A stretch of DNA of 64,000 nucleotides. Source: Vicugna vicugna. Its lineage: Eukaryota. Below the pieces are notes generated by a model. It did no database searches. It saw only the letters and a program-made list of their open reading frames with translations, and was not told the origin of the DNA. Positions 11,760-24,725 of this stretch are shown in pieces. The stretch lies in NCBI GenBank assembly GCA_013265495.1, contig MU058844.1:5703260-5767259 (forward strand), given 5' to 3'. How positions within the stretch are numbered: the first letter of the stretch is position 1; each line of letters opens with the position of its first letter. The position numbers and the translations under genes are program-made.

Positions 11760-13440
11760 AGTGAATGTTTTGGCAGGGGCCCCCAGTCTAGCATATGGTT
11801 CAACAGGTCCCACTGGCTGAACATTCAGATGTACTAAAGCCTGGGACAGGACTTTAGTCTACTTGGCCAAAGTGCCTGTACCTGTTACTAACTCAGTCTG
11901 CTGCTTTAAGATTCCATTTTTCTTTCCACTAACCCTACTGCTTGCAAATTACAGGAGAGATGGAACCTCCACTCAGTGTCATGTTTTTCTGCCCTATCTT
12001 GCGTATTATGACCTTTGAAACGTGACCCCAGATTATTGTCTATTTGATGAAGTTTTCTGTGTATAGTACTCAGCATGTCTAGTCTTGTAGTAGTGGTAGC
12101 CTGGTTTGTGTGGCAACAGGGGAAAGTTTGCGTTAAGCCAGATATGGTGGCTCACCCTAAACTTTGCACACAAACCAGGGCATGTTTAGAACCCTCCATC
12201 AGAGAACAGAGGACAACCTATTCAATATGCCAGTCCCTCTCCGGTTGGGAACTCCAGTGGATAGCCGTACTCCTTTGGCAGTTATCTTGTACGTTGTTTA
12301 GAACGCACAGGGCATGCTGTTACTGCATTAACCAAGATACTGTGTTTTAAGGACAATCTGTCCACCTTCCAATTCACCATTCTGTCCAGGCACTAGAGTG
12401 GCCGTTCGGCCTGTGCTCCCAATCTGCTGTATCTAGTGGAGAGTCGGTTGCTAGGGCTCATAGCCAGGCGAGGTCATCAGCTTCCTGATTGCCAGGGGCT
12501 GTCATTGCCTTATGAGCCAGTATGTGGAAGAGAGTGAGGACTGCTTTAGGCTCTTGCAGGTGAACCCGAATGTCTTCCCATATATCCTAACCCCACCAGG
12601 GCTTATTCATGATTATCCACCCTTCACCTTCTCATTGCGTAGGCCATAGGATTAATCCTTTTAGAACAGCTCATCAGTGCTAGGGGTTAATGGCCAGGGC
12701 TCATGAGTGATCACCAGCTAAACTGCTCTGAGTTCAGCCCATTGGCTGTTGTGGTTCCTTCTTTCCTCCAGGCATCTGTATATCAGGCATCAGTGAGGAT
12801 TTCTCCCATTCTCTCTCTATAGGCCATAGGGGCTGCCACAGGAATAAGGATGGGGGCATTTGGAGGCTCTACGTACTCTTCAGGGCCTAGTGGCACCCAC
12901 AGTTTTAGAGAGAATGAGCTGGTGGACAAAATACTCCTTTGCTGCAAGTTGGCATGCCACTTAGTCAAACTGGGAGTTTGGGCCATGGCAGAAGTGAGTC
13001 AGTGGAACATATTCTTAAACCACCCATTGATGAGAAGGGAAGTTCTTACCATGATACGCTGCTCCTTTGGGAGAGACTCTACCTGGAGGAGCACTGCGTA
13101 CCCTGCTAGGAGCTGTTGCTGTATGGGGTATGTTGGGGTTTTGTCACCTACCAAAGCTGAAAGCAGAATCTTAGGGGTGCCTTCACCTGTTGTTGTCTCT
13201 GTCACAGTGTCCAATCCATACCTTCCAGAGTCACAGACACATCAAACAAAGATATTCCAGCAAAGTCTGCAGCATTACCTGCAGCAGAGGCAAGTCTTCA
13301 CCTGTTAGCATTATATCATCAGTGTTATGGGCCCTTTTATTGGATATGGAGAAGAACAGGGATAGATCTTGGGTACCCATCCCATGACTTACTGTGAGGC
13401 TGTGTAGGTAGCCCTGGGGAAGTGATTGAAAGGTCCATTG
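11760..13440 (-). pseudogene. pol: Degraded class III (ERV-L/ERV-S-like) pol: partial RT, connection, RNase H, integrase
   Basis: RT: QWTFQSLPQGYLHSLTVSHG...HNTDDIMLT (13300-13440). Connection: YPIQQQLLAGYAVLLQVE...AQTPSLTKWHANLQQRS. RNase H: SQWAELRAV...AVLKGLILW...KPWWG...HILAHK...PGNQEADDLA (12470-12750). Integrase: DWEHRPNGH...TACPVR...DWHIE...IDNNLGSRFKG...WRFHLSCNLQAVGLVERK/NGILKQQ. Multiple stops, frameshifts and deletions. Confidence 0.92.
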
Positions 13441-13970
13441 CAGTCTCTGTCACATGATCTTAGATTTTAGAGACTTAAACTTGCCAGAATCTTTTCCTTG
13501 AATCTCCTTGAAGATGAAGCACTTTTGTAGGAATGCTTTTCAAAAGTATCAGAGTAAAACACTAACTGTCTGTAACTGACAGAAGACTTAAAAATGGCCG
13601 TGGGTAAAGATCTCCTGAAGGTTCATTATGATGCAATTGACCAGGGAATCTGATTTTTTTCCTATGACCTACATTTTAAAATTATGACTGATAACATAAT
13701 ACCAGGATATACCAGATTTTTAGGAATTTTATATAAACATATTCTAAAGAAAGTTTAGCATTATTCTTATTTGACAATATTCATCATGTAATTTCACTGT
13801 TATATGTTAATAGTTATGTCATTATTCTCCAAACTTAAAAGAACAGCCATCAGAAGAGTTTATGTTTAAGGGTCCCCTAGCACAGATTAATTACAAGAAA
13901 CCAGTATATCAACCCAAAATTGCACTGAGATACTAAGCATTTCTTATTCACAAGTTATATTCATCAATAT

Positions 13971-14028
13971 GCATATATTCATACATATGTTGGATTGTAT
14001 AGCATATATTCATACATATGTTGGATTG
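13971..14028. repeat. Tandem duplication of 27 bp
   Basis: GCATATATTCATACATATGTTGGATTG at 13971-13997 and 14002-14028, separated by TATA. Confidence 0.95.
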
Positions 14029-14499
14029 GACAAGACCTTTTGCCTATCCAAATCAAAGTTAAAAGTGGAAGAGATAGACCCATAGTAGCAGTTTGAAAAT
14101 AAGAGAAATAAGATTATGTGGTGATAAAGAAATTTTTTAAAAGCGTGTTTCGAGTTTCTTTATATCTCTCTGTGGCTGCCTAAAATCAAATTCCCATCAC
14201 TCCTTCACTTGACTACTCTAAATAGTTTTCCTGCCTTTATTACCTGCCCATGTAAGCCATTCCCCTCCTAGGGGTTTGAGTGATCTTTGCAGAAATTAAT
14301 CAGGTTGTGTTGCATCCCTTCTTACGTTCCCGTTGCATCATGTGTTGTAACCCACTCTTCCACAGGCTCCCAGGATCTGCATCCTCTACTCTTGGCCCCA
14401 CCTCTGTGATCTCATTTCTGACTCGTCTTCCAATTACTCTCTCTATTCCAAATGTATGGAATTTCTCTCTGTTTCTGTAACTCTCCAAGTTCTCTCTCA

Positions 14500-14840
14500 T
14501 CTCTGTATCTTTGCATTTCTTGTATCCTTTGCCGTAGACCCTTTTCCTTCTGCGCTGCGTTTGTCATTCTCTGTTCACATCAAATCACCAGAGAAGCCTT
14601 CCCCTAGCAACCCCCATCTAGATCCCCTATTCTAGTCAGTTCTTATCACATTATCCTGTTTTGTTTTCTTCAAAATACTTGTCACTATCTGATTTTTATT
14701 TACAGTCCATCTCTAACCACCTTTTGAAAGTTTTATGAGAGTAGGAACCTTGTCTGTCTTGTTCATTGCTTTATTCCCAGTGTCTAGAACAATATTTGAA
14801 ACATAGTATATGCACAGTGAATATTTGCTAAGTGACAAAT
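14500..14840 (+). mobile_element. L2a 3' end
   Basis: TATGAGAGTAGGAACCTTGTCTGTCTTGTTCATTGCTTTATTCCCAGTGTCTAGAACAAT. Confidence 0.75.
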
Positions 14841-16769
14841 GCACATTTCTTTCATTTGAACCCAGTGGTGTCTGATTCTAATGTTGGATCAAATTGCATC
14901 ATATTGGTTTCTTGTGACTAGATTCTGTGACTTCAGAGGGTCTTCATGATTTACCTTGATTTCCTAAACCAGGAAGAACTCCATACTAGATTTTGAATAA
15001 TGGGGCAGGGGTTGTTTTTCATGAGAATGCTGATTTATAAGGTCCCCCTACAATGCATTCTGGAGTAAGTTAAGGTATAAATATATTTCAAATTATAAAT
15101 AATCCATAGAAATATGGATGTCATCTCTGTCATTCCTTTTCCTGAAAACTGCATTTTGTATATGTAAGTTTGTATGACTTAATTCCATGTGTTTTTTTTT
15201 TAAATCAATTTCTGGCCCATTTATGGTTGTCTCATAATGAAAAAAGCAAGATCCTTCAACAACAAACGGCATATCTCAGCATCCTCCCTCTTGTTCAACA
15301 ATACACACACACATACACACACCTGCAAAAGAGTATTTGCAATAAACTTAGTTCATTAGAGACTGTTGTTGGATACAAATTTGTAATAAAGAATGTATAA
15401 GTTAGAAATAGGAATCTTCAAAAAACTCTTCTCATACAGGCAAAACCCACAGTATAAAAACCCAAAATATAGGAGAAAAGAATGTAACAGATCAGAAATA
15501 TAATTCTCCTTTTAAAAAGAGAATCGGCTCTAATTTAACACAAAATGTAATTTAGGTCACAGAGAACTGAAAATGTATTTAAAAATCAGGTGTGGTACTT
15601 CAAATGCATCCCTTTGTGCAGACAAGACAACCAAATTTGTAAGCTTTTAAACTAAACAATGAGCTTTGGTTAACTGCAAATCAAATTGAAACAAAGTACT
15701 CAAGTAAGACTAAATTTAATTACACTCCATTCTCCATCAAAAGTGACAGATTTTTCTGTTCTATTTTTCTGACATTGAATGAAGGAAGAAAAAGTGTCTC
15801 TTATTGTTGCATTGTTTTACTGCAAAGCCTGTTTCTATCCATCTAAATTATACCCTTATATTTGTATGGAAGTCAAAGTTTGAATAACATGCTTGAGTTC
15901 ATTATGCAACACTTAAAAAAAACCTCAGATAGAAGATGAATTGTAATCAATTTTAATCTCTTCAGAAATAATTAAAAACAAAAAGAACTTTTAAGATTTT
16001 GGAATGAAATTATCGTTATTATTCCATTCTTACGTCCTAGTTTTAGTTGTTATTATTGTTCTCACTGTTTTCTAAAATCTATATATGCCACAGTGGAGAG
16101 TGGCATTTTTAAACTGGCTATTTCTACTTGTACTCTCCTTTGTGCAGATGTTAACATGGGGCTGAAATAAAATTAAAGTGCTTCTAATAGTTTCCAATTC
16201 TAAATACGATATATAATTCTAAATACAGCTTTACTATGCAAACCTTTAGGTACTCACTGAATTAAATTTTAGTCGGAGGGAAAAAACAAAACAAAACAAA
16301 AGCACATGCATTAACAATAGATATATGTATTTTTTATAATATGCAATATTTCCGCATAGCTACTGGAGATATAACACCATCTTATGAGGAATACACAGTC
16401 TGTTGACAGGAAGAGAAGAAGTGTACACACAATAGGCTATGATAAGTGCTATGGAAGAAACAAGTTAGGGTTTGTACAGGATGACTTCCTGAAATTTAAA
16501 TTGAGGTTTAAAGAATGATTAAAAGTTATATAGTTCTCACATCAGAACAACAGAATTTTCAAAGACCTTGAATATGAGATATATTTGAAGAGTAAGAAAA
16601 AAATTCTGTATGGCTGGAATACAGGACTTGAAGAGCCCTTTCTGGGAATCTGTATTTACTGGCGAGGAACTCTGTCAACTCCTTTGCTCAATTTCCTTCC
16701 TTCCTAACACCTGGAAATAATTCAATTCTGGTGAAAGCTATAATTCTATCTCCTTAAGCATCCAAAATT

Positions 16770-17120
16770 TCCTCTCTTTCCTGTCAGACTCACCTGATGT
16801 CCTTGTTCTTTATTTCACTGAGAAAATAGGAGAAATCAGATGAGAACTTTTAGATTACCACTCTCCCACCTCAACCCCAACCACCAGATCTACCAACCTA
16901 CCTACACACTCAACCACATATCTGTCTTTCCTCTTGTTAAGATGAAGGGATCATATATGCCCAAGACCTGCTACTTAATGGTCTGGGTTTCATCCCCTTA
17001 CACACACTTCTGGACATTGATTTTGTAATTGGCTTTGCTCTTTCCAAGGTTGCTGGTGGTTTTTTTCCATTTCCACTGTAATGTTCACGAAAGAATGTAA
17101 ATATTATGTAATGTCTCCAG

Positions 17121-17161
<41 letters not shown>

Positions 17162-18010
17162 CTCTCTCTCAGCTCTCTCTCACAAGGTGGTCTATATTCC
17201 TTATCTTCTATCATCACTTTCCATCATCTTCTCATACTCTTTTTAAAACTCCCTGAAAATCAGCTTTGTTCCTGTTACTCCAGTGAAAGCTCTTTTGTCA
17301 AAGCATCTAGTGGTCTCCAGGTCTACTTTTCCAATCTTTGATAAACTCTTCAGCTTTTGATACATTTGATCGCTGCCTCCTTCTTGTTTTCTTTACTCAG
17401 CATCAAAGATGTCATTTTCTTCCTCTCTCAATGAATACTAATTTTTAGTCTCCTTTTTCTGATTCTTCCTCATTTTCCCAACCTCTGAATAATGGAGTGG
17501 CCTAGTGCTAAGTCTTCAGCTAGTACTGGGACCTATGCACTACATCTGGAATTCAGGTCCTTCACGTCACTTCCATTTCTCTAATCTTACTCCAAGCCGT
17601 GGTCACCTTTCACCTGATCAACTACTTTTGCCCTTACTCTTCTCACTACATCCACTATGGCCTTCTAGTTCAGCATGTGCCTACATCAAGGCAATTAGCT
17701 CTCTGTACCTGAAATATTTTTACCTTGATGCTTGGGTATTACTTCTTTCACATCTCTGATCAAAAGTCACCATGGCAGAGAGATCTTGATATAACATACT
17801 ACCTAAAATTACCATTCTATCCCTTTATGCTGCTTTATTTTCTTTCTAGCACTTGTCATGACTTGATGTAGTTATTCATTTGTTTCCCACCTGTACTCAC
17901 GAGATTGCAAAGCACCACAGGAGCAGTCTTGCTTTTGTTTTCTGATATATCCCCAGAGATTTAAATTCTGCCTAGAACAGAGTTGCTACTGAAAATTTCT
18001 GATTAAATTA
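16770..18010 (+). mobile_element. L2 fragments
   Basis: CTTATTTCACTGAGAAAATAG...CTCCAGTGAAAGCTCTTTTGTCAAAG...TTTTCTGATATATCCCCAG. Confidence 0.6.
17123..17180. repeat. (CA)n followed by (CT)n microsatellite
   Basis: Direct read. Confidence 0.95.
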
Positions 18011-20427
18011 TCCCCTAAGTCTCACAAACTTTGATTCAGGAGTGAGGAAGATGATTTGGTACTCCAAAAGAGGTGGGAAAAAAATCCTGGAGAATAAAAC
18101 TGAAAATGAAACAGCTTTTGCATGTACTTGAATTTACTGCATTGAGATTCTAATAAATTATTAAAAAATCCACAGTCCTCAGAAATTATGTTGGATTTAC
18201 CTATTTTTCTTTTGCTAAACTGAATTTTTCTTTAACTACAATAAGGATGGCAGTTGGGACCTTCCTAGTTTTGAAAATACATTCTTGATGGGGAAGTGTT
18301 TTAGGCACAACATGTAACATCTTCAATATCTATTTCTCTAACTTTTCATCCTTTCCCCCACCCACACAGACATAACCTCACCCCTCTGACATATACACAC
18401 ACACATAGTTGTTTTAAATGTTCTGAATCACTTGATGACAAGGTTCATGCACTCATATTAAATCTCCTGAATCCTTCTTCAGTGCTTCCACTAAAAAAAT
18501 AATAAATGAATAAACAAATAAATAAACCTAATTACCTCTCCCCCCCAAAAAAACCCCAAACAAATAAATAAATCTCCTGCATCTTTACTTTAACCAGACA
18601 GGCATTGCTTCCTTTGTATTAAAAGAAAGTGTCAGTTGCATAACTTCATATGTGTTAAAACAACTCAAATAAATTTCAGACCTTGCATTTAAAAATTAAA
18701 AGTGGAATGAGCAGACTCAGTATAAATATTAAAAACTAAATCCATTCTTGTAGGCCCAAACAGGATCATGGCTAATATATGTAGAGAGGGCAGAGGAAGT
18801 TCAAAAAGGGATCTAAAAGAGATATCTATGCTCTGACTGGAGCCCAGGGCATGTTTAGTTTTTGGATAGAGGTTTGACTGCCAGACAGTGATCATTTCCC
18901 TACCATCAATCAAAAAAATGAATGTATACTTTGTATCTTGAATCTGTTCCAAAGTTCACACTTAGGATTTCAAAGCCATCATATGCTCAGGAATAATCCT
19001 TTAAGGCTAAGGAGAGACAAATAAATAGAAATGAGATGCAGAAGTGGTGGGAATAAATTATCTGGACCAGAGAAATTTTGACTACCTTCCTTGGTTTCTT
19101 TTAAAAAATAGAATACAGGCAGGAATATACATTTTTTAAAATGACAAAACCCATTACAGGACAGAGAAATTTGAAAAACAGAAAAAAGAAATGTAAATTT
19201 AACACCATGACATATATATACTGTTATTGTTTTAGGTAATTAATTCCAAATTGTCTTTATTTCCGATGCATTTTAAAAACATGCATAAGTTATGTTTGTT
19301 TGTTTGTTTGTTTGTTTTGTGCTAATGTTAGAATGATATATCAAAATACTTTTCTGTGGATCACCTCTGACTACTCATTTAGGACCTCTGGTCTCCTCAA
19401 ATCCCTTCCTATCCTGTTCTGTTTTCCTCAGGAAACGTATGTATGAAGTAGTCTTCTTGCTGCCATTGGGCTTCTGTCATTTTCTCCCTTCCCAGTACTG
19501 GCTGATAATTTTGATACTTTCTGAATCTGCCTCTGCCACTGTTGTTTTCATTCCCGTGGCTTCTGAAGCCTGCCTTAGGCACTAATAAAGCTGAGATCCT
19601 GCTGTGATGTCCTCTAAACACACCTCTCCTAGGAACAATTCCCTCTCACAGCTCAGAGAGTGCCTATTTCATATCCCAGTGAGCACTAATAGTAACTCTA
19701 GGTCGAGACGTGATGTTCTGGTCATCACCACCACAGCCACACTCTTCTAAATGTTAACGTATCCTGTGCACCCAGTGCCTCATTAGAAGATTTCATAAAT
19801 GTTCCTGCTTTATGGTAGTATCTTTCCATTTGGACTCAGGCACAGGTTTCTTCAGGATAAAATAGTTCATATATCAGGTGACTTAGCCTCTCGAGTAAAA
19901 GAATTCTTAATAGGTCCAAGGTGGCAGTTCTTCTGTCATGCATCAGATTTCAGTATTTTAACATGTATATGGAATAGATTTCAAATCTAGGTTCTTGCTA
20001 AATATAGTTATGATCATAGTATATTATCTTGATTGTTTTTACTTAGCATTACATAATTAGTATCTTTCATAGGTGTGTATTTTAATGTAATGTTCATAAT
20101 TTTTATAGTTTAGTTTATGTACTTGAGAGAATTCAGGACAACTTATTTTATACAGTAGGAAATAGATTATGCTTTATTTCTGTAAGAAAAATATCAGCTT
20201 ATATATGATTTGTAGAAAAGAAATACTGTGGTATTAAATAAGCATAATATGATCGTGTAGAAATATTTTCAAGATAAGCAATACAAAATATTGTTCTTAT
20301 TATAGAGATGAGAGAACACTTCCACTCTTTTACCTCCATCTCTGCCTATCCATGCCCTGGAAAATTTCTATGAGGAGAGAAGATGTTAATTTTATGATCA
20401 GAATGTAAAACATTTTAATTACTCCTC

Positions 20428-20550
20428 ATTAGGATGAAAGCTCCTCACGAGGGCAGGGATTCTGTAGGTTGTATTTACTGATGTGTGTCTAAACCCTAGA
20501 ACAGTGCCTGGTATCTAATGGGTACTTATAAATGTGTATTGAATGGATGA
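20428..20550 (+). mobile_element. L2a 3' terminus
   Basis: GAAAGCTCCTCACGAGGGCAGGGATT...CCTAGAACAGTGCCTGGTATCTAATGGGTACTTATAAATGTGTATTGAATGGATGA. Confidence 0.75.
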
Positions 20551-22449
20551 AAAGGCACTAAAAATGGTGACTATGGTATGTTTTTAAGTGGTGGTTTTCA
20601 TCTGTCAGACTGCCTATTCTTTGAAGGTAGAAACTACTTCTTAATTGAATTTTATAAACATGTAGATGTACTGGAAAATGTTTAATGTTTTGGAATGATC
20701 GGATGTCAAAAAAATATTAATGAAGAGCCCCACAAGCTACATGAAAAGGGCAAATATCTTGGCATTTTGAATAGAATTAATTTAAGTAAACAAGCTATCA
20801 AACATTTAAAGGAAGTCAAATAGGTTTTGACCTTTTCAATTTCACCCATCCTTTAACACAAAGGCATTATTAGACTTAAATTACAATGCTTGTGTAAATG
20901 AATTTCAGTTGAACTAGTTATCTTTGGGAGAAAACAAAATGTATCCCGTGTCAGTTGATGTAATTATGTAGTAGAAAATCAGAATTTGTCACAAAATTTG
21001 ATCAAGAAAAGACAGGAAAACACAATAAACTGCCCTTTTATGTGTTTATTTGGGAACACTTCAGAAGAAAAAATTCTGAGCAACACAAAAAGAATTTCAC
21101 CTTTGCCATCTACAGGATGAAGCAAAGGATTTTGAAGAATTTCTCTCCCCAGATTTATAGCAAAGATGTCTCTGGAAATTTGACCTTTAGCAGATGACAA
21201 TCTACTTCAAACACTCTTCTTTCCTTACTTTCTTCCTAATTTATGTGCCAAATGGGAAACGTAATTTCCATTACATTTTGAACAGGTCATCCCCTCCCTG
21301 ACTGCATTTTCTCAGGGTCAACACAATCATGAGCAGTAATGGGTGTCTACTGTGGGTGAAGAGTTAGAAGAGCCTTTCAAATAGAAATAAAACCCTATAT
21401 GCCTGCAGTTCCCGTATCATTCATGGCCCTGGTAATCAGATATAACGCGTTAAAAATCTACAGAGATTATAAATCAGATTTTTCCCACTAATAGAAACTT
21501 CTAAAACATCCTCTTTAAGGAAATTATTTGTTTAATAAGAGACAGAGATGATATTTTCCACACAGTTGAAAAGAGAATTTTTCTGGCTCCAAGCAATTTT
21601 TAAGCTAAAAGATGTAATTTATCTTTAAGCAAGTTCCATTAAAAATATTTTGATTTTTTTTGTGTCTGTGTGAATTCTCATAGACTTGGATTATATGCAA
21701 AACTCCTGCTTGGTTATCATAGGTGTACCTAACAGGTGGGTTACATTTTCCCTTTCTGCCTATCTAATTACCTATGTAACATTTAGAAGGGAACTGGGTT
21801 ATTGTGAAGCAAAGTTTTAACTAACCAAAGAATCTAATCCTGGAAATCATATGTATACTCGAATCAATATAATCTAAATGTTAATAAGTAATGCCTTTAT
21901 GTTATTAAATGAAAAACCTCAGAATCCATATATTTGACTTCTGAACATGTGGTAAGTGATTGAAAGGGTATTTATATATTTCTTATTTAAAATTCTATTA
22001 GCGTTATTCAACTCACATCAACTGGAATTTCTCGTTTTCATCTTAGTAACACGATAACAGTACTTTTTTGCATTTGTGTGGGAATTTTTAGTTGACAGTG
22101 AGTACGCACATCAGTTATATGATTTAATCCCAAACAAAAACCTTCTAACAAAGACAAATGTGAGAAGTTAGGAAGTTAAAGCTTAAAGGGGTTAACTTAA
22201 ATGACTTGCTAAAGTTTGCCAGTTTGAACAAGACAAACCCACTTCTCTGATTAGTTCTCTTTGTGGAAAATTTTTAAAGTTCAGAATTCTGCATGTTTAT
22301 TTAACAAATCAGTATTAGGTGAGTATCCATTCTTTTTCTGATGCTTGACTAAGACAGAATTCACAAATAGGTTCAAGAAGTTTCTTCTCAAATAAATTAA
22401 CGCGAGAAGTATCACCAAGTGCCTAAAGTGTGGTCAGATTTGGAAGGAA

Positions 22450-22665
22450 GGCAGTGAGGCAGAGTATTTGAGCGCGCAGGATCTGAGCCTAGTGTGTCTT
22501 GGACTGAACCCTGACTAAGCTACTAATAGTATGTTCTTGGACTATTTATTCTCTCTGCGCTTCAGTTTTTTTCATTACAAATATGGGAAAAATTATACCT
22601 TCAGGGGGCTATGATGTGAATGAGTGAAATAAAACATGAACAAAGTTTAGATGAGTGCCTACCTA
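22450..22665 (+). mobile_element. MIR SINE
   Basis: GAGCGCGCAGGATCTGAGCCTAG...CTCTCTGCGCTTCAGTTTTTTTCATTACAAATATGGGAAAAATTATACCT. Confidence 0.65.
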
Positions 22666-24322
22666 TTTGATATTTTAATCTAGTGGGGAAAAATAGGCCA
22701 AATAAAGAGTAATCCCCTGCCTGTCTGGTATTCAGTGAATATGTGTGTGCACACTTATGTGCATCAGGGAGGAAAGCAAAGTAACTGATTGGCAGCTGGA
22801 TAAGAGGAGATAGTGTGTTTCAAAGTGAGAAGGCAAGGATTTGAAGGTTTTTTTTTTTTGAATGTCATCATTTGCCGATACAGAACACCCTTGACTGACC
22901 CCTGTGGGATGTTCTTTGATGTTACATAGAGAAACATTCCCTGATGCCACGCAGCAATCAACATGTGGACTTAACTATTATGGTAAATGATAGGTAAGGA
23001 TCTAATGAACTCTGGACAAACAGCTCTAATCAGCCAGCCATGGAGTAGGGACTCTGAAATGACCGAGGAATCCAGGTTACTCTATTTTAGATTTTTAGAT
23101 CTAGATTTACTCTGTTCTATCATAAGTGGTACAATCTTCAGAATTTTGCACAGCTAATGCCTTTGATGCCCAATGTGAATTAAATATGCTTTAGAAAAGA
23201 AAGCGATATGTTACAGGAAACAGTTTTCTCCATGAGCTGCTTATATGCAAGTCTGTTTTCAAAGAGCTGAATTGCTATGATGAAGTTTCAGTGCTTACCC
23301 CATAAGCAACTAGGAATCTGGAAGCAAGCCAGGTGGTTAGTACTCAACACATTTAAAGCAAAAGCAATATTGTAGGCTGGCAGACACTTTGATGTTAATG
23401 ACACATTAGATTACTCCTCAGACTTTTATTACCAGGACTCCAAAGGTGCAGCCTTTGATAGGTGACAGTCTTGCTGTGTTTCAAGGAGTGGAACTTCTAA
23501 TCTCCCTCCGAGTTGCTAGGTTTCACACTTGTATCACCACGGCCTTGAAGTTTTTTTGCTCAATTCCAGGACAATTTGTTTCCACCATGACTAGAGCGAA
23601 GGGTAAATTAAGTATTCTTGATAATGGCAAGGCAGAACTACAATTTCATTTACTTTATACTTTGTCCTTTTTGTTGTGATTAGGAATTCTCTCTCTAAGC
23701 ATGTATGGTATGAGTATCTAACAATATTCATAAATTTGGTTTAAATAACAAGAAAAAAACTTATTTTTTTCCTTTGGAACTTTATATAATCTTTTATAAC
23801 AAATTTTCTCTGTGAAATAAAATTTTAGTAAGTATATGTATAAATTCTATAACTAGCATTTATTATTATCATTTAAAGGCAACTCGGCTATGTTTTTGAT
23901 TCTATTATGGCTTTAACAGTTTGTGATTTATTTTCTAATACATGCAGGTTTATCAGGCATATTTTATAATTGATGAAGCACTCTTATCTGAGCCTGGACA
24001 TGCTACTATCACTTGATACTTAATAATAATTATTTGCAGTATTCAAGTAATTATTATCAAGTATTCAAACTAATGTATGTCATCTTTGTAGCAAAAGCAG
24101 TAACAGTAAAAAGGCATGAAAGTTGACTAATATGGAAATGTCTTGTTTAGCACATACAGTTCACTTTGAAAAATCATCTAGTTTAGTTTTCATAAAAATA
24201 TATGTACATTTAGGAATTACATTGTATACATATGAAATATGTTTATATATTTATATATATGAATTCTAAAGAACATCTGAAAATAATAAATTTAAATAGA
24301 AAGTGACATAACCTCATCTTAC

Positions 24323-24705
24323 TGTTGGAAAAGGTAATCAAGAGGACATGTCTGCTGGTTGACCCATGAGCTGGACCAGATAATCAGAGCTCTTCATCCC
24401 CTCCTCTGTCTTTGGAGTATGTTTGCTTGTACTCCCTGTACTGGAAGCTGCTCAAGGACACAGCTTTGAGAGCATAATGTAGTTTTGTTGCCACCTGGAT
24501 GGTATACATGACTGAAGCCAGTTAGGGCCTCTGTATAAACTTCTGACATTCTGGTGAGTGGGTGTAGAGATCTACTCATCTTTTGGCTGCCCAAGACAAG
24601 CCTTGCAAGTAAATTTTCTTGCTTATTAAAGCAAGAAAGAGTTGTCCACCTCTTTCTTCGGTCTCTCCCAACCCTCTGTGTGTGGGGCCAATTTTTAAAC
24701 CAACA
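24323..24705 (+). mobile_element. 5' LTR (383 bp) of the split ERV
   Basis: TGTTGGAAAAGGTAATCAAGAGGACATG...TTTTAAACCAACA, with TATAAA at 24534-24539 and ATTAAA near 24625. Roughly 70-78% identical to the 3' LTR by eye. Confidence 0.92.
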
Positions 24706-24707
24706 GT

Positions 24708-24725
24708 TGGAGGGCCATCCTGGAG
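24708..24725 (+). promoter_or_regulatory. Primer-binding site, degenerate tRNA-Arg type
   Basis: TGGAGGGCCATCCTGGAG starts 2 bp after the LTR's CA and matches TGGCGAGCCAGCCAGGAG (complement of the tRNA-Arg(ACG) 3' end) at 14/18. Confidence 0.65.

Larger units (their letters stand above)
10349..13794 (-). mobile_element. 3' half of a defective endogenous retrovirus (leader remnant, pol remnants, env TM remnant, PPT, 3' LTR)
   Basis: Manual minus-strand translation gives RT, RNase H, integrase and Env-TM motifs in retroviral order. A polypurine tract follows, then a TG...CA LTR flanked by CTTAC. Confidence 0.93.

Noticed and set aside
12850..13308. 152-aa plus-strand ORF
   Set aside because: It is antisense to the degraded pol; the retroviral motifs are on the minus strand.
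23512..23604. 33-bp micro-exon candidate (23570-23602) with CCACCATG and an upstream GTTGCTAGG half X-box
   Set aside because: The signals are short enough to occur by chance, there is no CpG island, and I could not link it to other exons to give a recognisable protein.
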